This document shows, piece by piece, positions 1-8,350 of a stretch of 64,000 bases of DNA. Origin of the DNA: an uncultured Desulfobacter sp. (GTDB lineage Bacteria > Desulfobacterota > Desulfobacteria > Desulfobacterales > Desulfobacteraceae); contig OY762069.1 in the NCBI GenBank assembly GCA_963665095.1, positions 917,583 to 981,582 of the forward strand, given 5' to 3'. Positions within the stretch are counted from its first letter, which is position 1, and each line of letters starts with the position of its first letter. The notes under the pieces are model-generated. The model saw only the letters and a program-made list of their open reading frames with translations, was not told where the DNA came from and did no database searches. The position numbers were made by a program, and so were the translations under genes.

Positions 1-1
1 A

Positions 2-880
2 GACTCTCTCAGCTTGCTTCGGTCGTCCATACCCACTGATATTGAAATTGTTCAAAACATCAACACTGACGCATTGGTAGTTGGTAACCCATCCCTCTTA
101 CAGCAGGTGCTGTTAAATCTTTCAAAGAACGCTGCGGACGCAATGGAAGATGATGGCGGCCGATTAGGAATAACTGTATCCGACGTTGCATTCGATGGAA
201 AGGCTGCATCTGATCACGACCTGTTAGGACCTGGTGACTATGTTCAAATAACCGTATCAGACACTGGGGTCGGCATCCCGCAGGATTCAATCCAATCTGT
301 TTTTGAGCCGTACTATACTACCAAAGGGTTAGGAAAAGGCACGGGCCTGGGGCTTGCTACCGTACACGGAACAGTAAAGAAATACGGTGGGGCGATTCAT
401 GTTGAAAGCCGATTAGGTGAAGGAACGAGTTTTACGGTTCTGTTGCCGGCCACCAAAAAGCGTGAGGCTACTAAACCGTATTTGCCTGAAGCACTGCCGA
501 AAGGCAATGAAAGGATACTGTTTGTGGATGACGAGTTGCCCATTGTGAAAATGTGCAGCCTGCTTCTTGAGCGTTTAGGTTATTCGGTGACAGCAAGAAC
601 CAGCAGCATAGAAGCGTTAGAACTGTTCCAAACGAAACCTGATGATTTCGATCTGGTCATAACTGATATGACGATGCCTGATCTGACCGGAGATAAACTG
701 GCAGTTGAGTTGATGAAGATTCGGCGGGATATTCCGGTGATTCTATGCACCGGCTACAGTAAAAAAATATCCGATGACACCGCCTCAGAAATAGGCATCA
801 AGGCGTTCGCCTATAAACCCATGGCTACGGCAGATTTAGCGAAAGCCATTCGGAAAGTGCTGGATGAAGCTAAAGGATAA
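2..880 (+). CDS. hybrid sensor histidine kinase, C-terminal part (HATPase_c + receiver domain); 5' end outside window
   Basis: Frame is open to the window edge. HATPase boxes (NLSKNAADAM, DTGVGIP, GKGTGLGLA) are followed by a REC domain (ILFVDDE, DLVITDMTMPD, K in AYKP). Confidence 0.85.
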   Translation, partial: DSLSLLRSSIPTDIEIVQNINTDALVVGNPSLLQQVLLNLSKNAADAMEDDGGRLGITVSDVAFDGKAASDHDLLGPGDYVQITVSDTGVGIPQDSIQSVFEPYYTTKGLGKGTGLGLATVHGTVKKYGGAIHVESRLGEGTSFTVLLPATKKREATKPYLPEALPKGNERILFVDDELPIVKMCSLLLERLGYSVTARTSSIEALELFQTKPDDFDLVITDMTMPDLTGDKLAVELMKIRRDIPVILCTGYSKKISDDTASEIGIKAFAYKPMATADLAKAIRKVLDEAKG

Positions 881-985
881 AGTTGCACATAATTATCTTA
901 TTCTTGAGCTTTAAAGTCATTAATTTTATCAACAATACCTGATGAATTGTGAAAGACTTAAAGCGATTACTATAAAATGCCATAT

Positions 986-1061
986 ATCCAATCGGTCAAC
1001 CGGACAACCAACCTTTCCGCTTCGCTACAAGGTTGGTTGCCGGTTACCTCAATCGTTGGCT
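986..1061 (+). repeat. integron attC-like site (attC0)
   Basis: Imperfect inverted repeat: ccaatcggtcaaccggacaaccaacc ... ggttggttgccggttacctcaatcGTTGGC. It ends in a GTTRNNN-type core like the other sites of the array. Confidence 0.55.
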
Positions 1062-1078
1062 TTACAAAAAGGAACTCA

Positions 1079-2437
1079 ATGAAAATTTCAACATTCAATG
1101 ATGATTTAATAGGTTTAAGAAAATTTGCAAATCAACTTGAACGATTTATTAAAATTGAACATCAATATGTTGATGGAGGTCTGGTAATTGGCTTAAGCTC
1201 AAAATTTGGTTCCGGAAAAAGTACATTCTTTCAAATGTGGAAGGCCGCGCTACAAGATAATCAAGACGAAAATAAACCTTTAGTAATTTTTCTTAATGCT
1301 TGGGAAAGCGACTATTATGGTGATCCATTGTTTGCAATTATTTCGTCCCTTGTCGACGGTTTAATAAATGAAGGGGATTCTAATTCAGCCAATAAAATCA
1401 TAGATGCAGTAAAAGATGTAAGCTGGTTTTCCACAGCAATTGGTGGACAAATAGTCAAAAAGATAACCGGGATAGATCCAGTTGCCGCAGGAGATCTCGC
1501 GGAGAAAAAGAAGAAAGGACGAGACAGCAAAGACAATTTATTTTCTGATTCATTTTCGATATACGAAGGCCGAAAAAAAGCAATGCATTCATTAAAAAAG
1601 GCCATAGAAGATTTCGTTGAAAAAAACACCCTTCAAATATTATTTTTAGTTGATGAATTAGATCGCTGTAGACCTGATTATGCTATATCGTACTTGGAAA
1701 CGATTAAACATATTTTTGACATTAAAGGTGCCGTTTTTTTATTGGCTGCAGACCGAAGACATCTTGAAAATTCTGCCAAAACTGCGTTCGGACCTGATCT
1801 TGATTTCGATGAGTATTATCGTAAGTTTATTCACAGAGAAGTCTCTCTTCCACAAATTTCTGATTCAAGTTACAAGTCTATAGCCTCAAAGTACGTTAGA
1901 TATTATCTTGAGGGAAACGGAGCCAGGAAATGCATTATGGCACTTGATAGTAGCCGTATAGACAACATAGTTGAGCTTGTTGGAAGTTTTAAGCTAACTC
2001 CGAGACAGATCCAAGAAATATTCAGAATGCTCGGGCATATATTTGATACAACCGAAGATCATGAAGGCCGTTTGCTTTGGTGTGTTGCAGTTGGTTCGAT
2101 ATTGATGTCAGTTTTAAAACTTGCTGATTCAAAAATTTATAACTTGTTAGGGAGCCAGCAATTAGCCCCCCAAAAGGCGTTAGATTATTTCAAAGTTCAA
2201 TTGAAAGATTCATACGCTGATTGGTGGTTTGAGCTTTGCCTTACTGGAGGAGGATTAAAGTTTAACGAAAACGAAACCCTTGAAACGATAATGAAACAAG
2301 TTGGCTTAATGAATGAAGAAAATGCAGTGGCTGCATCTGGGCATTTGGGGCAATGGTATAGCGGCTGGGGGCATCGATCATCCAATAGATTTAAACAAAT
2401 TTATCAAAAAATTGAACATATAGAGCAATGGAATTAG
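1079..2437 (+). CDS. KAP family P-loop NTPase (single-gene cassette)
   Basis: Walker A is GLSSKFGSGKSTF and Walker B is LFLVDELDRCRP. Start is set at ATG 1079 (AAGGA RBS) because the upstream part of ORF 977.. overlaps attC0. Confidence 0.8.
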   Translation: MKISTFNDDLIGLRKFANQLERFIKIEHQYVDGGLVIGLSSKFGSGKSTFFQMWKAALQDNQDENKPLVIFLNAWESDYYGDPLFAIISSLVDGLINEGDSNSANKIIDAVKDVSWFSTAIGGQIVKKITGIDPVAAGDLAEKKKKGRDSKDNLFSDSFSIYEGRKKAMHSLKKAIEDFVEKNTLQILFLVDELDRCRPDYAISYLETIKHIFDIKGAVFLLAADRRHLENSAKTAFGPDLDFDEYYRKFIHREVSLPQISDSSYKSIASKYVRYYLEGNGARKCIMALDSSRIDNIVELVGSFKLTPRQIQEIFRMLGHIFDTTEDHEGRLLWCVAVGSILMSVLKLADSKIYNLLGSQQLAPQKALDYFKVQLKDSYADWWFELCLTGGGLKFNENETLETIMKQVGLMNEENAVAASGHLGQWYSGWGHRSSNRFKQIYQKIEHIEQWN

Positions 2438-2620
2438 AAGCCAATTAGGATAGGACTCCCCATCATCTGATTCGGGGTCGGGCCAAGCTAATAAGCTGAA
2501 ATTTAAATGAATAGTCTTTAAAAACGCCCTCAAAACTGTCTTAAATGAATGTTTTTGGGGGCAAAATTGACATTTTAAGAGGATTAAAACCCGCTCGAGT
2601 CCTACCAAAAATTAATAATC

Positions 2621-2749
2621 GCCGAACAAGCCAATGAACCCGACCGGGCTTACTGCGCGGCTTTTCGAAGGTGTCTGGTTAATGAAAATTTAAACTTTTA
2701 CCTGGGCTTCTGCGGTTTAAAAGCCCGGCGGGTTATCTATACGTTATGT
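2621..2749 (+). repeat. integron attC site, long type A (attC1)
   Basis: R'' is gccGAAC. The arms ccgaccgggctt / aagcccggcgg are inverted, and R' GTTATGT lies at 2743-2749. The central region (cttactgcgcggc..ggtttaaaagcc) is shared with sites at 7484, 21933, 24493 and 38802. Confidence 0.75.
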
Positions 2750-3165
2750 GCAAAAATCACAAAATGGAAATATTCAAAAAAATAGTAAGAGCTTTTTCAA
2801 TTTTTATTTTGATAACATCTATTTCAGTTTTGTTTGATAATAAGATATGGGAATATAATATTTTGTTTTTCTCAAATCTGATTAATTCAAAATATATTTT
2901 ATTAGCTTTAACGAGTTCCTCAATTATAATATCGTTGGTTTTTCGTTTATATCATGGAATGATTATGTCAACTCACTTGAAGGACTCAGAAGATGCTCAT
3001 AAGATTTCATTTTTTGGAATGACCAATGTGGCTCACTACCCTAGTATATTGAATTCTATAGGGCTAAAAGCACGAAGAGAAATGATCTATTGGAATACAA
3101 CAATTGTCATTTTATTGTTTAGTGCAGCGTTCATCATTGGAAAAGTGTTGGCAGAAATCACATAA
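2746..3165 (+). CDS. small hydrophobic membrane protein, unknown function (cassette)
   Basis: ORF with 3-4 predicted hydrophobic helices. The ATG at 2746 lies inside R'; an alternative start is ATG 2764. Confidence 0.55.
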   Translation: MCKNHKMEIFKKIVRAFSIFILITSISVLFDNKIWEYNILFFSNLINSKYILLALTSSSIIISLVFRLYHGMIMSTHLKDSEDAHKISFFGMTNVAHYPSILNSIGLKARREMIYWNTTIVILLFSAAFIIGKVLAEIT

Positions 3166-3217
3166 CCAATAAGGATTGATGCGACCTGACAAGGTCGCTT
3201 TCAATCCATTGTTCAAG
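3162..3217 (+). repeat. attC-like hairpin (either the attC of the preceding cassette or the terminal hairpin of the IS91-like element)
   Basis: ATAACCAATAAGGATTGA..loop..TCAATCCATTGTTCAAG. The same stem and the trailing GTTCAAGAAGCC recur at 8351-8422, next to the second IS91-like copy. Confidence 0.6.
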
Positions 3218-3467
3218 AAGCCCGGGTTTCATATGGGTAAAGATTGATTGTGGTGCAGGCGGGGTAGGCAAGCACAGGGTGGAAATTGATAAAAAGTGCT
3301 TGCCGGTATGCTTTAACTTTTCAATTTTGAATAATTTTGACGTCGTTCTTTGAAAAACAGGACAGGTTCAGGGTTCGTTTTTCGGCCGCAGGACGTACTC
3401 GTCCCTGACGGTTCAGAAAACCGTTAAAAAACATGTATCCTAAAACCCGTTCCCTTTACGTTGAAGC

Positions 3468-4568
3468 CTATCCGAACCCAAAATCAGGCAACGGTAAGGG
3501 GCGGATATAGTAGATGTGACATCTGAGCTTGAGGCCCGCCCCGCATTCCGGGCAAATTGGCTTTGGCGAAGATTTGGGTGTTTCTATAGGCCGCTGTTCT
3601 TTGAACCCCAGGGTTGACTGGATAAGTGAACGGATTCGTTCAAGCGGGATGGAAGATCCCGGTCCCATGAAGCCATAATATCGGATTTTCATAAATCCTG
3701 TGGGCAGGACATGCTGAAGGAACCTGCGCATAAATTCCATTGTATCAAGGGTCATTTTCCGCAGGCGCCGGCTGCCGGGCTTTTTATAATGGAACATCAC
3801 CTTCTGCTGATCGTAATGGATAATCCGGTAGTCGGAAATCGCCACTTTGAACACATAGGGGGCCAGGTATTTGATACTGTGGTGACTGGAAACGGCCTGG
3901 GAATTTACGTTGAACGGCTTTGACCAGACGTCCGGAGCAATACTTTGAAGTATTCCGGCCGTATTCAGCTGGGTTTTAAGCTTTGCTCTGAACACCTTGG
4001 ACATGGCTTTGACCGGAGCGAAGAAGGCCGGACGGCAGGGATGCCATTTGCCGTCGGTCCGGGAATATGCTCCGCCGGGAACAACATAATGGATGTGCGG
4101 ATGATACTGCATGGTCCGTCCCCAGGTGTGAAGGACTCCAAAAAAGCCGGGCAGATCACCGCCGATGAATTTGCTGTCCCTGGCAAAGGCTTTAAGTGTC
4201 TGTGAGGATGCCGCAAACAGTGCCGCATAGGCCTCCTTCTGGTTGCTTCGAAACAGAGCGCGCAATTGTTCCGGGATGGTAAATGTTATCAGAAAATGAG
4301 GGCCCGGCAGTTGTCGTTCCAGCTGCCGGTCACGCCACTGGCGGGTTTTATGGTACTGGCATATGGGGCAGTGACGGTTTCCACAGGAACGAAAACCGAA
4401 ATGTATCCGGCCGCAGCCGGTACAATCATAGACCACCAGGCCGCAGGCAGACGTCCGGCAGGAAATGATTGCCTTCAAGGCTTTTATGTGATTTTTTGGA
4501 ATGCGGGTTTTATACCGATGGAGGTATTCCCGGGCTGACCGGGCAAAAATGTTTTGAATGGCTCCCAT
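3468..4568 (-). CDS. IS91-family (Y2 HUH, rolling-circle type) transposase
   Basis: N-terminal Zn-binding motifs (CTGCG.., CGNRHCPIC), HUH region HTWGRTMQYHPHIHYVVPGG, and a C-terminal tyrosine region KYLAPYVFKVAIS. Confidence 0.85.
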   Translation of the reverse strand: MGAIQNIFARSAREYLHRYKTRIPKNHIKALKAIISCRTSACGLVVYDCTGCGRIHFGFRSCGNRHCPICQYHKTRQWRDRQLERQLPGPHFLITFTIPEQLRALFRSNQKEAYAALFAASSQTLKAFARDSKFIGGDLPGFFGVLHTWGRTMQYHPHIHYVVPGGAYSRTDGKWHPCRPAFFAPVKAMSKVFRAKLKTQLNTAGILQSIAPDVWSKPFNVNSQAVSSHHSIKYLAPYVFKVAISDYRIIHYDQQKVMFHYKKPGSRRLRKMTLDTMEFMRRFLQHVLPTGFMKIRYYGFMGPGSSIPLERIRSLIQSTLGFKEQRPIETPKSSPKPICPECGAGLKLRCHIYYIRPLPLPDFGFG

Positions 4569-4570
4569 GG

Positions 4571-5440
4571 CTACACCTCCTTCATCAGATCATTGATAAG
4601 TCCGCAGGCGTGTTCATGCCCCTGGGTGGTCAGATGCAGGTAAACCATGGTGGTGGTCAGACTGCTGTGGCCCAGATACTGCTGGATGCGCCGGATGTTG
4701 ACACCTGCTTCGAGCAGATGGGTGGCGTAGCTGTGGCGAAGGGTGTGGATGGTGACCCGTTTTGTGATGGGCAAAGAGGTCAGTGTCTGTCTCAGGGCTC
4801 CCCTGACGGAATTGCTCCTCATGGGTTCTTCTGCTGTTGAGGCTTCTTTGCCGTTGCGTCCAAGTTTTGGAAAGATCAGTTTGGGGTTGCGATGGGTGGC
4901 CCAGTATTCACGCAGAATAAAAAGTGTCTTTTCAGGCAGCGGCACGTATCGGTCCTTTGCGCCTTTGCCCCGATGGACATGGATGAACATGCGCTGGCTG
5001 TCAATGTCCCTGACCTGGAGGCTCAATCCCTCATTGAGCCTGAGACCGCAGGAGTAGACAGTGGTCAGGTAGGCTTTGTTCCAGGGTGTCCGGACAGCAG
5101 TAAGAATGGACTTAACCTCGTTAATACTGAGTACGGATGGTAACCGCTGTTCCCGTTTGGCATTAATCAGGGCAAGCGTATGCCAGTCCCGCTGCAGCAC
5201 ATTGATGAAGAAGAACTTTATGCCGCTGTAGCAGATACGCATGGTGGCGGCAGACCATTGATCAACGTTTTTGCGATGGAGAAAATAATCCTGCAGTTCC
5301 CGCTCGGTGATTTCATCAGGGGTTTTGCCGAAGAAATCGACCAGCATACGGATAGCGCGGGTGTAGTTCTTTTGAGTGGAAGTGCTCATCCCGGCAAGTT
5401 GCAGGGCCCTCATTGATTGTTGATAATAATCGCTCATCAT
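4571..5440 (-). CDS. tyrosine recombinase (XerC/D-like), first gene of the IS91-like element
   Basis: [22 protein letters not shown] and [14 protein letters not shown] motifs. An AAGGAG RBS lies 5 nt before ATG 5440. The longer listed ORF (to 5632) runs into intron RNA. Confidence 0.85.
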   Translation of the reverse strand: MMSDYYQQSMRALQLAGMSTSTQKNYTRAIRMLVDFFGKTPDEITERELQDYFLHRKNVDQWSAATMRICYSGIKFFFINVLQRDWHTLALINAKREQRLPSVLSINEVKSILTAVRTPWNKAYLTTVYSCGLRLNEGLSLQVRDIDSQRMFIHVHRGKGAKDRYVPLPEKTLFILREYWATHRNPKLIFPKLGRNGKEASTAEEPMRSNSVRGALRQTLTSLPITKRVTIHTLRHSYATHLLEAGVNIRRIQQYLGHSSLTTTMVYLHLTTQGHEHACGLINDLMKEV

Positions 5441-5572
5441 ACCGTCTCCTTTCATGTGAAGGGTTAATTGGATTGGCGTCCAGATACGATACGATGAAAA
5501 TGACGGGCAATGCAACTTGCCGATTTTATTAATTAGAGTAGTTGTTTGGCTGCCGCGTAGCGGCTTACTTGA

Positions 5573-7483
5573 ATCGGGATAGGACTCCCCATCACTGAGG
5601 AGCCCTCCCACACCACCCGGCATACGGATCACGTACCAAGGCGGTTCGGCTGATTTCGGAAATCAGTTCCCGGGCAGATATAATCCTTTTTTGACAAAAT
5701 ACATTTCAGGCATGGCAATGGCCACCCACTTGATTTTGCTCATGTGCCAGTACTTTTTACGGGCGTTACCGCAAAGCATGGCGTCCCCATGCGAAATACC
5801 AAGTTTTTCCAGGTTACGAACCCTGGTTCCAGGGTTTTTCCATTGTTTCCAGACAAGACTTCTCAGCCGTCGCAGTATCCAGACCTTGAGTTCTTTCAGA
5901 AAATAGAGGGTTTCCGTGAGCCGGAAATAACCCCACCATCCACGAATGTACTGGTTCAAGTCCTGAATCACCTGCCACAGGCTTTTGCCCCGTTTACGGC
6001 TGGTTAATTCCCGGACCTTGTCCTTGAACCGTTTCATGCTCTTGGCGTGAATCCGGATCTTGGACTGCCCACACATTTGAAAATATGTGAATCCTAAGAA
6101 TTTGCTCAGCCAGGGTCTGCTGACAGCACTTTTCTCCTGGTTTACTTTGAGCTTGAGTTTCACCGTCAGAAACCGGGTGATACTCTCCATAACCCTTTCG
6201 GCAGCCTTGCGGCTTTTGCAGAAAATCATAAAATCATCGGCATACCGAACATACCGGTGGCCTCGTTTCTCCAACTCTTTATCCAGTTCATCCAGGACAA
6301 TATTGGACAGCAGCGGAGAAAGAGGACCTCCCTGGGGAGTCCCTTCTTCTGTAGGCACCGTGACGCCCGAGACCAGCACACCAGACCTCAGATATTGTCG
6401 TATTACCTTCAATACGCGCTTATCTTTTATTCTTCTGGCGAGTCTGCTCATCAGGCGGTCGTGCGAAACTCGGTCAAAAAATTTCGACAGGTCCATATCA
6501 ACGACATAGGTATAACCTTCAACCATGTACCTTTTACCCTGCATTACCGCATCGTGTGCGGATCTGCCGGGCCTGAACCCATAACTGTGTTCAGAGAAAA
6601 AGGGGTCCCAGATCTGTTCCAGGACCTGGGATATGGCCTGTTGAATAAACCGGTCAAGCACCGTGGGTATTCCAAGTAAACGGATTCCGCCGTCTGGTTT
6701 GGGGATTTCCTTCCTTTTAACCGGTAGCGGTTTGTGCCTGCCGTTAAGCAGGTCTTGTTTGATTTCATGCCAGTGCTTTGCAAGGTAGCTGCCAAGCTGG
6801 CTGGTTTTCATACCATCCACCCCAGGGGCACCCTTGTTTGCACAGACATGTTTCCATGCCAGGATAATGTTGTTGCGTTCAAGGATCATCTCCATTAACC
6901 GGGCATTGTTTCCCAGACGTTCGGCAATTTGTGACGCTGGAAACAGTTCCATCTGCTGTGGCGATCTGTTCACAAGTACACATCTCCTATTTGTCGTTAT
7001 CATTTACCCGGACCATTCGGCCCGGGCACCGTTCAGGCCTTCACCGGGGTGAGTCCTCCCTGGTTTGCAGGGCTCGTTTCCTCCGCCTACTATGCCTTCT
7101 GCTGACTTCTCCCATGCGGTCAGAGTCGGTTACCCGCCCCTCAGCCGTTACGGCACATGGGAGATCTCCCGGGGTAAACACGTGTCTTTCAGTACGTGAA
7201 TGCCGGATTTACGGACATACCCTGTAATGGATAGAGGACTTCACCTTGTTGTGCAGGCTCGTCCCGGTATGTGCGCCTTATATCCGATTCCTGTACGTCA
7301 TCCCGTACTTTTGCGGTACCTTGCCTCAGCAAGGCGGCTTCCTTCCGAAGCACCGTCACCGGTACCCCGTTGCACTACCACTACACCCTTCGCCTCCATC
7401 CGGCTGGGCCTAAGACTTGCCAAACGCATTGAAATCGTTTACGTTTGACTCACTTTTAAGAACACGTGCCGTGCCCGGCACAC
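5573..7483 (-). mobile_element. group II intron, family 1 (IIC-attC-like), full length, inserted in the bottom strand of attC3
   Basis: The 5' end is GTGTGCC (reverse complement at 7477-7483). The RT ORF sits in domain IV, with domain V/VI-like hairpins at 5580-5650. Flanks reconstruct ..CTTGA|ACAAAAC.., which is TTGT|T on the bottom strand. Confidence 0.8.
5663..7003 (-). CDS. group II intron reverse transcriptase/maturase (no En domain)
   Basis: RT blocks with RYADDFMIF, and the maturase X motif RGWWGYF. Length is 446 aa. Confidence 0.9.
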   Translation of the reverse strand: MITTNRRCVLVNRSPQQMELFPASQIAERLGNNARLMEMILERNNIILAWKHVCANKGAPGVDGMKTSQLGSYLAKHWHEIKQDLLNGRHKPLPVKRKEIPKPDGGIRLLGIPTVLDRFIQQAISQVLEQIWDPFFSEHSYGFRPGRSAHDAVMQGKRYMVEGYTYVVDMDLSKFFDRVSHDRLMSRLARRIKDKRVLKVIRQYLRSGVLVSGVTVPTEEGTPQGGPLSPLLSNIVLDELDKELEKRGHRYVRYADDFMIFCKSRKAAERVMESITRFLTVKLKLKVNQEKSAVSRPWLSKFLGFTYFQMCGQSKIRIHAKSMKRFKDKVRELTSRKRGKSLWQVIQDLNQYIRGWWGYFRLTETLYFLKELKVWILRRLRSLVWKQWKNPGTRVRNLEKLGISHGDAMLCGNARKKYWHMSKIKWVAIAMPEMYFVKKGLYLPGN

Positions 7484-7608
7484 ACAAAACGCTGGAGCGG
7501 GACCAGGCTTACTGCGCGGCCTTTCGGGAGTTCCTGGTTCAGGAAAATTTAAACTTTTGTCGGAGTTTTTGGGGTTTAAAAGCCTGGCCCCTCAGCTCCC
7601 CGTTGTGG
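7484..7608 (+). repeat. integron attC site, long type A (attC3; its R'' is split by intron A and abutted by IS91-like copy 1)
   Basis: ACAAAACgctggagcgggaccaggcttactgcgcgg...ggtttaaaagcctggcccctcagctccccGTTGTGG. Confidence 0.75.
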
Positions 7609-7641
7609 GTTAAAAACCAACGTGATACAGAAAAAGACATA

Positions 7642-7670
7642 TTGAAAATCATGTCACCCGGTGCTATATT
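7642..7670 (+). promoter_or_regulatory. sigma70-like promoter of TA cassette (TTGAAA-17-TATATT), with ATG 6 nt downstream
   Basis: Hexamers lie at 7642-7647 and 7665-7670. There is no RBS before ATG 7677. Confidence 0.5.
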
Positions 7671-7676
7671 GTTGTT

Positions 7677-8045
7677 ATGCGAAAATTAATGACAAAGCAC
7701 TTTGCGAAATGGGCTTCAAAGCAAAAAATACTGATCGATGACTTGGAAACAGCATTGGAAGAAGTCGGTAGTGGAAATTACGAAGCAAATTTGGGCGGAC
7801 ACATTTACAAAAAAAGAATTCGGTTCCCTGGTCAAGGCAAAAGCGGTAGTGGAAGAACGATTGTTTGCTATAAAAAAGGGAGCAGAATTATTTTCATCCA
7901 TGGATTCTCAAAAAATGAAAAATCAAACCTTTCACCCAAAGAGCTATTTGTCTTCAAGGAACTTGCTAAAATTTTACTTTCATTTTCTGAAAGGGAAATT
8001 GATATAGCAGTCCAAAATGGTGATTTAAAAGAGGTGGCAACATGA
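7677..8045 (+). CDS. RelE/ParE-superfamily toxin (HigB-like), TA cassette copy 1
   Basis: Small basic protein (KKRIRFPGQGKSGSGRTIVCY..IFIHGFSKNEKSNL). It overlaps the downstream XRE antitoxin by 4 nt. Confidence 0.75.
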   Translation: MRKLMTKHFAKWASKQKILIDDLETALEEVGSGNYEANLGGHIYKKRIRFPGQGKSGSGRTIVCYKKGSRIIFIHGFSKNEKSNLSPKELFVFKELAKILLSFSEREIDIAVQNGDLKEVAT

Positions 8046-8347
8046 GAAAATCAATTTCAGATTCAATTACCGAAACCGTAAGGGACTTAAATAAAAGTGG
8101 GCTTGTGGATGACATTACTTTAAGAAATATTGAAAAATTATGTCTTCCAGAAGTTAAAGACTATTCCCCCAAAAACATAACCGAAATCCGAAAAAGATTT
8201 AATTTAAGCCAAGCTGCGTTAGCAAGCGTTTTCAATATTAGTACCTCTACTGTACAGAAGTGGGAACAGGGGAATAAAAAACCTACAGGAGCCTCAAGGA
8301 AATTGTTGGATATCATGGAAAGAAAAGGCTTAGAGGCTTTAATATAA
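8042..8347 (+). CDS. XRE-family HTH antitoxin (HigA/NadS-like), copy 1
   Basis: HTH segment LSQAALASVFNISTSTVQKWEQGNKKP. It is translationally coupled to the toxin. Confidence 0.8.
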   Translation: MRKSISDSITETVRDLNKSGLVDDITLRNIEKLCLPEVKDYSPKNITEIRKRFNLSQAALASVFNISTSTVQKWEQGNKKPTGASRKLLDIMERKGLEALI

Positions 8348-8350
8348 CTC

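Larger units (their letters stand above)
3168..5570 (-). mobile_element. IS91-family element carrying a tyrosine recombinase plus a Y2 HUH transposase (copy 1)
   Basis: Two-gene module. Ends are AATAAGGATT.. (left) and ..GCGTAGCGGCTTACTT (right), and the right end abuts the target GA|AC. A second, divergent copy of similar length lies at 8360-10749 with the same termini. Confidence 0.65.

Noticed and set aside
880-986. GTTGCAC right after the histidine-kinase stop (881-887) as an attI or attC core marking the start of the array.
   Set aside because: There is no partner inverted repeat upstream and no integrase nearby. A single 7-mer match is not evidence.
977-1078. A longer KAP NTPase start at ATG 977, as in the ORF track.
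   Set aside because: The extra 34 codons are the translation of attC0 (palindromic DNA). ATG 1079 has a proper RBS.
4571-5440. The tyrosine recombinases (4571-5440, 9746-10621) as the missing integron integrase IntI.
   Set aside because: Both are the first gene of a two-gene IS91-like unit and are co-oriented and coupled with a Y2 transposase. They lie inside the array rather than at an attI end, and they are of XerC/D-like length (~290 aa) with no obvious IntI-specific extra domain. An HMM test would be decisive.
5441-5632. N-terminal extension of the recombinase ORF to 5632.
   Set aside because: The extension overlaps the IS terminus and the intron 3' end. ATG 5440 has an AAGGAG RBS, and it aligns with the N-terminus of the paralog.
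7200-7448. A conserved 82-aa ORF (MPDLRTYPVMDRGLHLVVQARPG..) present three times (7200-7448, 26744-26992, 38518-38766) looks like a repeated protein-coding gene.
   Set aside because: It lies antisense to domains I-III of the family 1 group II intron RNA. It has no RBS and is conserved only because the ribozyme is. The neighbouring ORFs 6931-7227, 38348-38545 and 7417-7689 are artefacts of the same kind.
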